Assembly (NCBI GenBank): GCA_031441465.1
Contig: JANOEP010000010.1
Coordinates: 64,001 to 128,000 of the forward strand
Origin: a bacterium
Lineage (GTDB): Bacteria > Krumholzibacteriota > Krumholzibacteriia > LZORAL124-64-63
Direction: 5' to 3'
DNA length: 64,000 bases
The notes beneath the pieces are model-generated. The model was not told the origin of the DNA. It did no database searches and saw only the letters and a list, made by a program, of their open reading frames with translations. Position numbers and translations under genes: made by a program. Below are positions 49,610 to 59,258 of this stretch, in pieces (the first letter of the stretch is position 1; every line of letters begins with the position of its first letter).

Positions 49610-50848
49610 TCAATCCGGCCAGCGCTTCAGGCACAGGGACACGTTGTGCCCCCCGAAGCCGAGCGAGGTCGACAGCGCCGCCCCGATCGGGCGCGTGACC
49701 GCCTCGTTGGGACAATAGTCCAGATCGCACTCGGGATCGGGGGTCCGGTAGTTGATCGTCGGCGGCAGCCGTCCGTCGCGCAGCGCCAGGGCGGTGAAGG
49801 CGGCCTCGACGCCGCCGGCGGCACCGAGCAGGTGGCCGGTCATGGACTTGGTCGAGGAGACCGCCAACTTGCGGGCGTGGTCGCCGAAGAGATCGCGGAT
49901 GGCCAGCGTCTCGATCTTGTCGTTGAAGGGCGTGCTGGTGCCATGCGCGTTGATGTAGCCGATGTCGGTCAGTTCCAGACCGGCGCCGGCCACCGCCAGG
50001 CGCATGGCGTTGCGGGCGCCCTTGCCCTCGTTGTCGGGCTGGGTCATGTGGAACGCGTCGGCGGTCATGCCGTAGCCGGCCACCTCGGCCAGGATCACGG
50101 CGCCCCGGGCGCGGGCCCGCTCGAGTTCCTCGAGCACGAGGATGCCGGCGCCCTCGCCCAGCACGAACCCGTCGCGCTCGGCGTCGAAGGGGCGGCTGGC
50201 GTGGGCCGGGTCGTCGTTGCGGGTCGACAGCGCCTTCATGGCGCTGAAGCCGGCCATGGCCATGGGACAGACGCTGGCCTCGCTGCCGCCGGTGATCATC
50301 AGGTCGGCGGTGCCGTTGGCGATGTGCTCGTACGCGAGGCCGATGGCGTGCCCGGCCGAGGCGCAGGCCGAGACCGTGGCGTAGTTGGGTCCGCGGAACC
50401 CGTGGGCGATCGACACGAGCCCCGAGGCCATGTCGGCGATCATCATCGGGATGAACATCGGCGACACGCGCGACGGGCCCTTGTCGAGCAGCTTGGCGTG
50501 CTGCTCTTCGAAGGTCTGGAAGCCGCCGATGCCCGAGCCGATCAGCACGCCCGCCCGTTCGGGATCGACGTCGCCGGGCGCGGACTGGGCCATCGCCTCG
50601 GCCGCGGCGCAGACCGCGAACTGGGAGTAGCGGTCGGCCTTGCGGGCGTCCTTGAGATCCATCGCGACGGTCGGGTCGAACCCCTTCACCTCGCCGGCGA
50701 TGGTCACGCGGAAGTCGGTGGTGTCGAACGACGTGATCGCGGCGATGCCGTTGGTCCCGGCCAGGATCGCGCGCCACGTCTCGTCGCGCGTCAACCCCAC
50801 GGAGGTGATCAGCCCGAGGCCCGTGATCGCTACCCTGCGGCGTTCCAT
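49610..50848 (-). CDS. fabF: Beta-ketoacyl-ACP synthase II
   Basis: ACAS, INAHGTST, KSMTGHLLGAAG, GFGGHN. Confidence 0.96.
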   Translation of the reverse strand: MERRRVAITGLGLITSVGLTRDETWRAILAGTNGIAAITSFDTTDFRVTIAGEVKGFDPTVAMDLKDARKADRYSQFAVCAAAEAMAQSAPGDVDPERAGVLIGSGIGGFQTFEEQHAKLLDKGPSRVSPMFIPMMIADMASGLVSIAHGFRGPNYATVSACASAGHAIGLAYEHIANGTADLMITGGSEASVCPMAMAGFSAMKALSTRNDDPAHASRPFDAERDGFVLGEGAGILVLEELERARARGAVILAEVAGYGMTADAFHMTQPDNEGKGARNAMRLAVAGAGLELTDIGYINAHGTSTPFNDKIETLAIRDLFGDHARKLAVSSTKSMTGHLLGAAGGVEAAFTALALRDGRLPPTINYRTPDPECDLDYCPNEAVTRPIGAALSTSLGFGGHNVSLCLKRWPD

Positions 50849-50935
50849 GCCATCCTCCCTGCACATACGGATCGCCCCGGTCCAACACGGCGGGACCGCA
50901 GGACCGGGGACGGTTCGCTCACGGAAAGGGCGCGG

Positions 50936-51175
50936 CTACGCGTCCAGATGCGCTTCGAGGTAGTCGATCGCATCCTGCACGGTCCGCAGCTTCTCCTGGT
51001 CCTCTTCCGGAATCGTGATGTTGAAGACCTCTTCGAGGTCCATCACCAGCTCGACGGTGTCCAGGGAGTCGGCCCCCAGATCGTCGGTGAACGAAGCTTC
51101 GGGTGTGATCTGTTCCGGATTCACCGAAAGCTTGCGCTCGATGATCTCGTAGACCTTTTCCTGAATGGAGCTCAT
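50936..51175 (-). CDS. acpP: Acyl carrier protein
   Basis: [12 protein letters not shown]. Confidence 0.97.
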   Translation of the reverse strand: MSSIQEKVYEIIERKLSVNPEQITPEASFTDDLGADSLDTVELVMDLEEVFNITIPEEDQEKLRTVQDAIDYLEAHLDA

Positions 51176-51202
51176 GTCAGCCGTTCCCTCCTTGGGAAGG
51201 TT

Positions 51203-51934
51203 TCACGTGACCATGCCGCCGTCGACCACGAGCGTCTGCCCGGTGACGTAGGCGGCGTCCTGCGACAACAGGTAGGCGACGGCGCCGGCGACGTCTTCGC
51301 CCTGGCCGAAGCGCTTCAGTGGGATGCTCCCGAGCATGCCGGCGCGCACCGCTTCGGGCAGGCCCGCCGTCATGTCCGTCTCGATGAAGCCGGGCGCCAC
51401 CGCGTTGCAGGTGATGGCGCGTCCGCCCAGCTCGCGGGCCACGGACTTGGTGAAGGCGATGACGGCCGCCTTGCTCGCGGCGTAGTTGGCCTGGCCCGCG
51501 TTGCCGGTCATGCCGATCACCGAGGTGATGTTGACGATCCGGCCGATTTTCTGGCGCATCATAAGCGGGGTCACGGCCTTTGTAAAGTAGAAGGTCCCCG
51601 TCAGGTTGACGTCGAGGACTTCGCGCCAGGCGGCCTCGGACATGCGCACGAGCAGCGCGTCGCGGGTGATGCCGGCGTTGTTGACCAGCCCGTAGACCGG
51701 CCCGAGTTCCTGCTGCACGCGGGCGACCGCCGCCTCCACCGCCGCGAGGCTCGCCACGTCGCCCGGCAGCACCAGGTGGCGGCCGGCGCCGGGCAGCGAG
51801 GCGGCGACCTCGGCCAGCGCATCGGCGTTGCGGGCCACCAGGGCCAGATCGAAGCCGTCCGCCGACAAGCGGCGGGCGATCGCCGCGCCGATGCCCCGGC
51901 TGGCGCCGGTGACGATCACGATTCGGTTGCTCAA
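51203..51934 (-). CDS. fabG: 3-oxoacyl-ACP reductase
   Basis: TGASRGIG, NNAGITRD, GQANYAASK, PGFIETDMT. Confidence 0.95.
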   Translation of the reverse strand: MSNRIVIVTGASRGIGAAIARRLSADGFDLALVARNADALAEVAASLPGAGRHLVLPGDVASLAAVEAAVARVQQELGPVYGLVNNAGITRDALLVRMSEAAWREVLDVNLTGTFYFTKAVTPLMMRQKIGRIVNITSVIGMTGNAGQANYAASKAAVIAFTKSVARELGGRAITCNAVAPGFIETDMTAGLPEAVRAGMLGSIPLKRFGQGEDVAGAVAYLLSQDAAYVTGQTLVVDGGMVT

Positions 51935-51970
51935 GGGCCTTCCTTCCGCTGCCGACGGTGCGAGGCGGGA

Positions 51971-52933
51971 TTATGCCAACAGGCCACGGATGGTGTCCAG
52001 CGCGTTGTCCAGCTCCCCTGCCGTGCCCACCGCCAGGAACGTCACATCGGGATGCTCCCGCTTCGCCAGGTTGCTCAGGACCTTGCCGGGCCCGACCTCC
52101 AGCACGACGCGCGGCCGCTCCCCACCCGCGGCACCGCCCACCAGCGCCGCCAAGCTCTCGTGCCAGCGGACCGGCGAGACGAGCTGCCGAGCGAACCCGT
52201 CGCGCAGGGCCGCGGCGGTCGTCGACGGGGCGGCCGTCACGTTGGCCACCAGGGGCGCCGCGGGATCGGCCAGTTCGACGGCGGCGAGGTGGTCCACGAA
52301 GCTCGCCGCCGCGCCCGCCAGGAGCGGGGAATGGAAGGCGCCGCTGACGTTGAGCCGCAGCGCCCGCTTGGCGCCGGCGGCCTTGAGGGCCTCGCAGGCG
52401 GCTTCGACGGCGGCGATCTCGCCGGAGATGGCGACCTGGTTGGACGAGTTGTGGTTGGCGACCACGACCACGCCGGCGCTGCTGGCGACCTCGGCGCAGA
52501 CCCGTCTCACCGCATCGGCGTCGAGCCCCATGACGGCCGCCATCGTCCCGGGCCGTTCCTGCCCGGCGGCGAACATCAGCTCGCCGCGGCGGCGCACCAG
52601 CTGCAAGCCGTCGCGCGGCGACAGCGCGCCGACCGCCACCGCCGCCGAGAACTCGCCGAGCGAGTGGCCGGCGACGATGCTCGGCGTGATCCCCAGTTCC
52701 CGGAGCTCCAGCACCACCGCCACCGAATGGGCGAGGATGGCGGGCTGCGCGTTCCAGGTCTCGGTCAGCGTGGCCTCGGGCCCCTCGAACATCACGCGCG
52801 TGAGGTCGAAGCCCAGCGTCCCGTCGACGGTCGCCAGGAAAGCGGCGCCGGGGCCACCCCGTTCGGCGAGGTCGCGGGCCATGCCGACGGTCTGGGAGGC
52901 CTGCCCCGGGAACAACATGGGGACCTTGAACAT
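51971..52933 (-). CDS. fabD: Malonyl-CoA:ACP transacylase
   Basis: FPGQ, GHSLGE, VSGAFHS, PVRW. Confidence 0.95.
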   Translation of the reverse strand: MFKVPMLFPGQASQTVGMARDLAERGGPGAAFLATVDGTLGFDLTRVMFEGPEATLTETWNAQPAILAHSVAVVLELRELGITPSIVAGHSLGEFSAAVAVGALSPRDGLQLVRRRGELMFAAGQERPGTMAAVMGLDADAVRRVCAEVASSAGVVVVANHNSSNQVAISGEIAAVEAACEALKAAGAKRALRLNVSGAFHSPLLAGAAASFVDHLAAVELADPAAPLVANVTAAPSTTAAALRDGFARQLVSPVRWHESLAALVGGAAGGERPRVVLEVGPGKVLSNLAKREHPDVTFLAVGTAGELDNALDTIRGLLA

Positions 52934-52957
52934 CGCGGTGCCTTTCTGGGGGTCGGG

Positions 52958-53959
52958 TCAGGCGCGCGCGGCCAGGCGCTCCTGCAGCAGCGCCGGCAGG
53001 TCGAGTCGGGCCATGCGACCTGCGGCCAACACCGCGCTCTGGATCGCGCGCTCGGGGCTGGCACCGTGACAGATGATGGAGGAGCCGCGCACCCCCAGCA
53101 GCAGGGCGCCGCCGGTGGACGTGTAGTCGAGCCGGTGCAGCAGGTCACGCAGGCCCTCCCCCGCGCCGGTGGCGCCGCCGGCGAGGAACTGCCGGGCCGC
53201 CGTCTGCAGGAAGCCGCCGAAGCCCTCGATGAGCTTCAACACCATGTTGCCGGTGAAACCGTCGGTGACCACGACGTCGGCCGCGCCGTCCAGGAGGTGG
53301 CGGCTCTCGACGTTGCCGACGAAGTTCAGCGGGGCGGCGCGAAGCAGGGCGTGGGCCTGGATGCAGAGTTCGGTGCCCTTGGTCGGCTCTTCGCCGATGT
53401 TCAGCAGGCCGACGCGCGGCACGGCGACGTCCAGCAAACGGCGCGCGAACTCGTCGCCCAGGAGCGCGAAGACCAGCAGGTGCTCGGAGGTGCACTGCAC
53501 GTTGGCGCCGACGTCCAGCAGCAGGAAGCGGCCGTTCAGGGTGGGGATCCCCGTCGCGATCGCGGGTCGGTCGACGCCCTCGAGGCGTCCGAGGATCATC
53601 AGGCTGGCGGCGACCTGGGCACCGGTGCTGCCGGCGCTGACCACCGCCTGCACGCGGCCATCGCGGTGGTCCCGGGTGGCCCGGACGATCGGGGCGTCGG
53701 GGCGGCCCTTGACCGCCGCGGCGGGCGATTCGCCCATCTCGATCCGGTCCCGGCACGCCACGACCTCGACGGGCAGATCGCGCGCGCCGAGGTCGTCGAG
53801 CTGGGTGTTCAGGATCTCGGGGTCGCCGTAGAGCGCCAGGGCCAAGCCGGAATCGGCACGCGCGGCCGACACGGCGCCGGGGACGACCGCGGTCGGTCCG
53901 AAGTCCCCGCCCATGGCGTCCACGGCCACGACCACCCTGCGCGTCGCGTTGCCGTCCAT
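52958..53959 (-). CDS. plsX: Phosphate acyltransferase PlsX
   Basis: AVDAMGGD, SAGSTGA, LDVGAN, LNIGEE, DGFTGN. Confidence 0.95.
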   Translation of the reverse strand: MDGNATRRVVVAVDAMGGDFGPTAVVPGAVSAARADSGLALALYGDPEILNTQLDDLGARDLPVEVVACRDRIEMGESPAAAVKGRPDAPIVRATRDHRDGRVQAVVSAGSTGAQVAASLMILGRLEGVDRPAIATGIPTLNGRFLLLDVGANVQCTSEHLLVFALLGDEFARRLLDVAVPRVGLLNIGEEPTKGTELCIQAHALLRAAPLNFVGNVESRHLLDGAADVVVTDGFTGNMVLKLIEGFGGFLQTAARQFLAGGATGAGEGLRDLLHRLDYTSTGGALLLGVRGSSIICHGASPERAIQSAVLAAGRMARLDLPALLQERLAARA

Positions 53960-53990
53960 GCCCGACCTCCTTGCCGGTTCGCGCCGCCCG

Positions 53991-54173
53991 CTAGCTCTTC
54001 TCCACCACCATCACTTCGCGGGCGCCGTAGTGGCCGCACGCGCGGCAGACGCGGTGGGGGCGGCAGGGCGCCCCGCAGTGCGAGCACTTCGACGCGCTCG
54101 GGGTGGCCAGGTGCCAGTGCGCGCGACGGGTGCCCTTGCGCATGTGGCTCGTCTTTTTCTTGGGAACAGCCAT
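53991..54173 (-). CDS. rpmF: 50S ribosomal protein L32 (zinc-ribbon type)
   Basis: MAVPKKKTS...CSHCG...PHRVCRACG. Confidence 0.96.
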   Translation of the reverse strand: MAVPKKKTSHMRKGTRRAHWHLATPSASKCSHCGAPCRPHRVCRACGHYGAREVMVVEKS

Positions 54174-54195
54174 CTCGATGCCTCGTTTCCTGTGT

Positions 54196-54684
54196 TCAGG
54201 AGTCCAGCCCGTCCCAACGGGGATCGGTGGGCTCCCGGGGGCAGACGCAGTCCTTCTGGTTTCGGTCGGCCCCGCAGGTGGGGCAGTACCCCAGGCAATC
54301 CTCGCGGCAGACCCGCTTGAACGGCAGGTCCAGCAGCGCGGCTTCGCGCAGGGGACCGTCCAGATCGACCTCGCCGCGCGCCTGGTGCAGGGTCCAGGTG
54401 TCGGGCTGGTCTTCGTCGGGAGTCCCCGCCTTGGTCCGCACGATCTGGATGTCGACCCCCGCCTCGTAGACCAGCCCGAAGGCCTCCAGGCAGCGGTCGC
54501 AAACCGACTGGCAGGACACAGCTAGGGCGCCGGTGACCAGGATCCGGCTGTCGACGTTGTCCACCGCCAGTTCGCCGCGGACGGACAGACCGCCACCTCC
54601 CTCCTCCTCGTCCTCGACGAGGAAGGTCGCCTCCACCTCCAGGGTGGAGCGGCCGAAGGGCAGGTTGTCCAGATTCAGCTTCAT
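54196..54684 (-). CDS. yceD: YceD/DUF177 family protein
   Basis: CDRCL, CREDCLGYCPTCG, DPRW, upstream of rpmF. TTGACA-N17-TAACGT promoter upstream. Confidence 0.9.
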   Translation of the reverse strand: MKLNLDNLPFGRSTLEVEATFLVEDEEEGGGGLSVRGELAVDNVDSRILVTGALAVSCQSVCDRCLEAFGLVYEAGVDIQIVRTKAGTPDEDQPDTWTLHQARGEVDLDGPLREAALLDLPFKRVCREDCLGYCPTCGADRNQKDCVCPREPTDPRWDGLDS

Positions 54685-54770
54685 TCCGGGCGCACGGCCT
54701 GGTCCCGTCCGGGCCCGTCCCGTCCCGGCGCCGTGCAAGCGCACCACGTTACGAGCGCGACCGTCGTCTG

Positions 54771-55205
54771 TCAAGACGCGCGGTCCCGGCCCAGGCCCAC
54801 ACCGAAGACGAGGCCGATCTCGCGCAGGGCGTTCTCGGGCGAATCCGAGGCGTGGACGGCGTTCTGGGACAAGGACGTCCCGAACAGGTCGCGCAGGGTG
54901 CCGCAGGCGGCGTCGCGCGGGTTGGTCGCCCCGACCAGTTCCCGCAGTTTGACCACGGCCTGGTCGCGCTCGAGGTGGATCGCCACCACCGGACCGGAGG
55001 CGATGTAGTCCACCAGCTCGGGAAAGAACGGCCGCTCGCGGTGGACCGCGTAGAATTCCTCGACCGTGTCGCGGCTCAGGCTGGTGAGCTTCAGGTTGCG
55101 GATGCGGAAGCCCGCCCGCTGCACGAAGGCCAGGATCGCGCCGATCCGCTGGGTCTCGGCGGCGACGATCTCCGGCTTGATCATCATGTAGGTCTGTTCC
55201 AGCAT
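54771..55205 (-). CDS. ndk: Nucleoside diphosphate kinase
   Basis: TYMMIKP, HRERPFF, GATNP, NAVHASDS. Confidence 0.95.
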   Translation of the reverse strand: MLEQTYMMIKPEIVAAETQRIGAILAFVQRAGFRIRNLKLTSLSRDTVEEFYAVHRERPFFPELVDYIASGPVVAIHLERDQAVVKLRELVGATNPRDAACGTLRDLFGTSLSQNAVHASDSPENALREIGLVFGVGLGRDRAS

Positions 55206-55226
55206 GTCGTCCTTTCGGGGTCCGAA

Positions 55227-56105
55227 TCAACGCTTCCAGATCTGCTGCAGCAGCGGCACCACGTCCGCGGGGCGGTCGGCGACCGGGATGCCGGCCGACT
55301 CGAGGGCCTTCTTCTTCTCGGCCGCCGTGCCGGCGCCGCCGGACACGATCGCGCCGGCGTGGCCCATCCGCTTGCCGGGGGGCGCGGTGCGGCCGGCGAT
55401 GAACGAGACGACGGGGATCTTCATGTTCGCCTTCACGAAGTCGGCGGCCCGCTCCTCCGCATCGCCGCCGATCTCGCCGATCATGACCAGGGCCTGCGTC
55501 TCGGGATCGGCGTGGAACGCCTGCAGGGCGTCCATGAAGTTGGTGCCGATGACCGGATCGCCGCCGATGCCCAGGCACGTCGTCTGGCCTAGGCCCGCGC
55601 GGGTCAGGGCGTCGACGACCTCGTAGGTCAGCGTCCCGCTGCGGGAGATCAGGCCGACCGGTCCGGGGGCGACGATGTTGGTGGGCATGATGCCCAGTTT
55701 TGCCTGCTGCCCGGGATTGATGAAGCCGGGGCAGTTCGGCCCGATCAGGCGCACGCCGCGCTCGGCCAGGTAGGGCATGACCTTGACCATGTCCAGGGTC
55801 GGCACGCCTTCGGTGATGCAGACCACCAGCTTGCAGCCGGCGTCGGCCGCCTCGAACACGGCGCCGGCGGCGCCGGCCGGCGGCACGAAGATGACCGAGG
55901 CCTCGGCTCCCGTGGCGGCGACCGCGTCCTTGACCGTGTCGAAGACCGGCACCTTCCCCTCGAAGGTCTGGCCGCCGCGGCCCGGCGTCACGCCCGCCAC
56001 GATGTTGGTGCCGTAGCCGAGCATGGACTTCGCGTGGAAGCTCCCGTCGCGGCCGGTGATGCCCTGGATCAGGATCTTCGTCTCGCGCGTGCAGAAAATC
56101 GCCAT
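55227..56105 (-). CDS. sucD: Succinyl-CoA synthetase alpha subunit
   Basis: [27 protein letters not shown]. Confidence 0.96.
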   Translation of the reverse strand: MAIFCTRETKILIQGITGRDGSFHAKSMLGYGTNIVAGVTPGRGGQTFEGKVPVFDTVKDAVAATGAEASVIFVPPAGAAGAVFEAADAGCKLVVCITEGVPTLDMVKVMPYLAERGVRLIGPNCPGFINPGQQAKLGIMPTNIVAPGPVGLISRSGTLTYEVVDALTRAGLGQTTCLGIGGDPVIGTNFMDALQAFHADPETQALVMIGEIGGDAEERAADFVKANMKIPVVSFIAGRTAPPGKRMGHAGAIVSGGAGTAAEKKKALESAGIPVADRPADVVPLLQQIWKR

Positions 56106-56147
56106 GGTTCGCTCCTGTTCGTAACGCCGACCGCGGGTCGGTTTGTC

Positions 56148-57281
56148 CTACTTGCCGGCGAGTTCGAGGGCCTTCTGCACGGCTTCGTCCATGGTGGCGG
56201 CCGGGACCAAGTCGGTCTTCTTCAGCAGTTCGCGGGCCTCCGCCTCGTTCGTTCCGGTCAGGCGCACCACGATGGGCACGCCGATGGTCATGCGTTCGGT
56301 GGCGGCGATGATCCCGCGGGCGACGTCGTCGCAGCGCGTGATGCCGCCGAAGATGTTGAACAGGATCACCTCGACGTTCGGGTCGCCCAGGATGATGCGC
56401 AGCGCGTTGACGACCTTGTCCGGGTTGGAACTGCCGCCGATGTCCAGGAAGTTGGCGGGGCGACCGCCGTAGTACTGCACCAGGTCCATCGTCGCCATCG
56501 CCAGGCCGGCGCCGTTGACCAGGCAGCCCACGTTGCCGTCGAGCTTCACGAAGGAGAGGTCGGCTTCGCGGGCCAGCCGCTCGCTGGGGTTCTCCTCGTC
56601 CAGGTCTCGCAGCGCGGCGAAGTCCGGGTGACGGAACAGGGCGTTGTCGTCCAGGTTGATCTTGGCGTCGATCGCCTTGCCCGCGCCCTGGTCGGTGAAG
56701 ATGAAGGGGTTGATCTCGGCCAGGCTGGCGTCGGCGGCCAGGAAGGCCTTGTAGAGCTTCTGCATGGCGTCGGCGAGCTGGCGCGCGCGCTTCACGTCCG
56801 GGTCGAGGCGCAGGGCGACGGCCATCGCCTCGTGGTCGAGCAGGCCGAAGCGCGGGTCGATGGCGTGCTTGAGGATGGCCTCGGGCTTCTCGACGGCCAC
56901 CTTCTCGATCTCGACGCCGCCCTCGGCGCTGGCCATCAGCAGGACGCGCCGGCTGGCGCGGTCCACGAGCATCCCCAGGTAGAACTCCGCCGCGATGGTC
57001 TCGGCCGGGGTCACCAGCACCTTGCGCACCGTGTGACCCTTGATGTCCATGCCCAGGATGTTGCCCGCGTGCGTGCGGACGTCGTCCTCGGTCTTGCAGA
57101 ACTTGACCCCGCCCGCCTTGCCGCGGCCGCCGGCCAGGACCTGGGCCTTGACCATCACGGGCAGCCCGTGCTGGCGTGCGAGCGCCAGGGCCGCCTCGAC
57201 GGTCGTGGCGACTCCGCCCGGCGGCACCGGCAGACCCGCGGCGCGGAAGATGTCCTTCGCCTGATACTCGTGGATGTTCAC
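56148..57281 (-). CDS. sucC: Succinyl-CoA synthetase beta subunit
   Basis: GTG start (NIHEYQAK), [29 protein letters not shown]. Confidence 0.96.
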   Translation of the reverse strand: MNIHEYQAKDIFRAAGLPVPPGGVATTVEAALALARQHGLPVMVKAQVLAGGRGKAGGVKFCKTEDDVRTHAGNILGMDIKGHTVRKVLVTPAETIAAEFYLGMLVDRASRRVLLMASAEGGVEIEKVAVEKPEAILKHAIDPRFGLLDHEAMAVALRLDPDVKRARQLADAMQKLYKAFLAADASLAEINPFIFTDQGAGKAIDAKINLDDNALFRHPDFAALRDLDEENPSERLAREADLSFVKLDGNVGCLVNGAGLAMATMDLVQYYGGRPANFLDIGGSSNPDKVVNALRIILGDPNVEVILFNIFGGITRCDDVARGIIAATERMTIGVPIVVRLTGTNEAEARELLKKTDLVPAATMDEAVQKALELAGK

Positions 57282-57362
57282 TGATCGACCTCCGGCTGTG
57301 AAACGGGAACAGCGTGCGGGACGCAAAACGGGGGAGGACGCCGGCCCTCCCCCGCCGCCGCG

Positions 57363-58679
57363 TTACGCGGTGAACTTGCGCAGGACGTCGGTCAGGTCGG
57401 GCTTGCCGATTTCCTGCAAATCATAGCCGACGCGAACCGTCGGCTTGCGGATCTTCACGATGCGGTTCAGGTCGATGGGCGTGCCGATGACCACCGCGTC
57501 ACACTCCACCGCGTTGATCGTCGCCTCGAGGTCGCGGACCTGCTCCTCGCCGTAGCCCATGGCCGGCAGCAGGGCGCCGATCTCGGGATAGATCGCGAAG
57601 GTCTCGGCGAGCCTGCCCTTCACCCAGGGGCGCGGGTCCACGAGGTCGGCCGCGCCGGCGCGCATGGCCGCGATCACGCCCGCGCCGTAGGTCATGCCGC
57701 CGTGGGTCAGGGTCGGCCCGTCCTCGACCACCAGCACGCGCTTGTCGCGGATCAGCTCCGGGTGGTCGATCGTCAGCGGCGACGCCGCCTCGATGATCAG
57801 GCAATCCGGATTGATGCTGCGGACGTTCTGGCGCACGGTCTCGATGTTCTCGAATTCCGCCTCGACGACCTTGTTGATGATCACGACGTCGGCCAGTCGG
57901 ACGTTGGTCTCGCCCGGGTAGTACGACAGCTCGTGGCCGGGGCGGTGCGGGTCGGCGACCACCACCAGCAGGTCGGGCTTGTAGAAGGGCGTGTCGTTGT
58001 TGCCGCCGTCCCAGAGGATGACGTCCGCCTCCTTCTCGGCCGCGCGCAGGATCTTCTCGTAGTCCACGCCGGCGTAGATCACGCTGCCGCGCGCGACGTG
58101 GGGCTCGTACTCCTCCATCTCCTCGATGGTGCAGTCGTGCTTCTTGAGGTCCTCCACGGTCGCGAAGCGCTGGACGGCCTGCTTCTCGAGGTCGCCGTAG
58201 GGCATCGGGTGGCGCACCGCGACGACCTTCTTGCCGGCGGCCTCCAGGATCTCGGCGATCCGGCGCGTGGTCTGGCTCTTGCCGCAACCGGTCCGCACCG
58301 CGCAGATGGCGATCACGGGCTTGGTGCTCTTGAGCTGCGTGAGGCGCTCGCCGAGGAGCTTGAAATCGGCGCCGCAGGCGTTCACCAGCGCCGCCTTGTG
58401 CATGACGTCCTCGTGGGCCACGTCGCTGTAGGAGAACACGCAGCACTCGACGCCGTGCTCGGCGATCAGGTCCGGCAGCTCCTCCTCGGCGTGGATGGGG
58501 ATGCCCTTCGGGTAGAGGCGGCCCGCCAGCGCGGCGGGGTAGCGGCGCCCGTCGATGTCCGGGATCTGGGCGGCGGTGAACGCCACCACCTCGTATTTCT
58601 CGTCGTCGCGGAAGACGCAGTTGAAGTTGTGGAAGTCGCGTCCGGCGGCGCCGATGATGACGATCTTCTCCCTGCTCAT
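57363..58679 (-). CDS. P-loop protein of the cyclic 2,3-diphosphoglycerate synthetase / arginine synthetase (ArcE) family
   Basis: GAAGRDFHNFN, AVRTGCGKSQT (P-loop), RHPMPYG, WDGGNND, EDGPTLTHGGM, PAMGY. Confidence 0.8.
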   Translation of the reverse strand: MSREKIVIIGAAGRDFHNFNCVFRDDEKYEVVAFTAAQIPDIDGRRYPAALAGRLYPKGIPIHAEEELPDLIAEHGVECCVFSYSDVAHEDVMHKAALVNACGADFKLLGERLTQLKSTKPVIAICAVRTGCGKSQTTRRIAEILEAAGKKVVAVRHPMPYGDLEKQAVQRFATVEDLKKHDCTIEEMEEYEPHVARGSVIYAGVDYEKILRAAEKEADVILWDGGNNDTPFYKPDLLVVVADPHRPGHELSYYPGETNVRLADVVIINKVVEAEFENIETVRQNVRSINPDCLIIEAASPLTIDHPELIRDKRVLVVEDGPTLTHGGMTYGAGVIAAMRAGAADLVDPRPWVKGRLAETFAIYPEIGALLPAMGYGEEQVRDLEATINAVECDAVVIGTPIDLNRIVKIRKPTVRVGYDLQEIGKPDLTDVLRKFTA

Positions 58680-58757
58680 GTCAGCCTCTTTATGTAAACG
58701 TGTGCGCGTGCCACGAAACTTCCCCTGCCGCTGCGCAAGGCGGCGGCCGTTTCCGGC

Positions 58758-59258
58758 TCAGGGAAGACGCTTCAAGGCGACGATGATGGCGGTCGTGGAA
58801 CGGCCCGCGCGCATGGCAACGCGCACGACCTCGCCCCCCCAGCCGCGAACCTCAGCGGCGCCGACGATGTCGGTCTCGGCGTACTCGGCGCCCTTGACCA
58901 GGACGTCGGGCCGCGCCAGCAGGATGGTGTCCAGGGGCGTCGGCTCGCCAAAGATGGTCAGCGCGCCGACGGGGCGCAAGTGGGCCAGGACGGCCAGGCG
59001 GTCGGCGAGGGGCGTGAGGGGGCGTGCGGGCCCTTTCAGGGTGCTGACCGAGGCGTCGTCATTGACCGCCACCAGCAGGACGTCCCCCAGCCCGGCCGCC
59101 TCGGCCAGGTACTCCACGTGGCCGCGGTGCAGCAGGTCGAAGCAGCCGTTGGTGAAGACGAGCCGGCGGCCGTCGCGCCGCAGGTCCCGGGCCCAGGCGG
59201 CCAGCTCCGCGCGGGGCACCACCGGCGCCGGGGCGGTCGCTGGCGTCGGGGCGGTCAC
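58758..59258 (-). CDS. rfaE2: D-glycero-beta-D-manno-heptose 1-phosphate adenylyltransferase (HldE domain II)
   Basis: FTNGCFDLLHRGH, KGPARP, PDVLVKG. Confidence 0.92.
   Translation of the reverse strand: MTAPTPATAPAPVVPRAELAAWARDLRRDGRRLVFTNGCFDLLHRGHVEYLAEAAGLGDVLLVAVNDDASVSTLKGPARPLTPLADRLAVLAHLRPVGALTIFGEPTPLDTILLARPDVLVKGAEYAETDIVGAAEVRGWGGEVVRVAMRAGRSTTAIIVALKRLP

Noticed and set aside
49646..54469. 1607 aa plus-strand ORF, and similar long antisense ORFs (836-3022, 21056-22882, 47022-49718 and others)
   Set aside because: These are shadow frames opposite well-supported genes. High GC3 suppresses stop codons on the antisense strand, and the translations have no recognisable motifs.
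54695..54730. CCCGT/CCCGG micro-repeats upstream of yceD
   Set aside because: Low-complexity GC-rich sequence with no regular period.
58695..58715. TGGCACG upstream of the ArcE-family gene as a sigma54 promoter
   Set aside because: No GC at the -12 position (TGGCACGCGCACACG).
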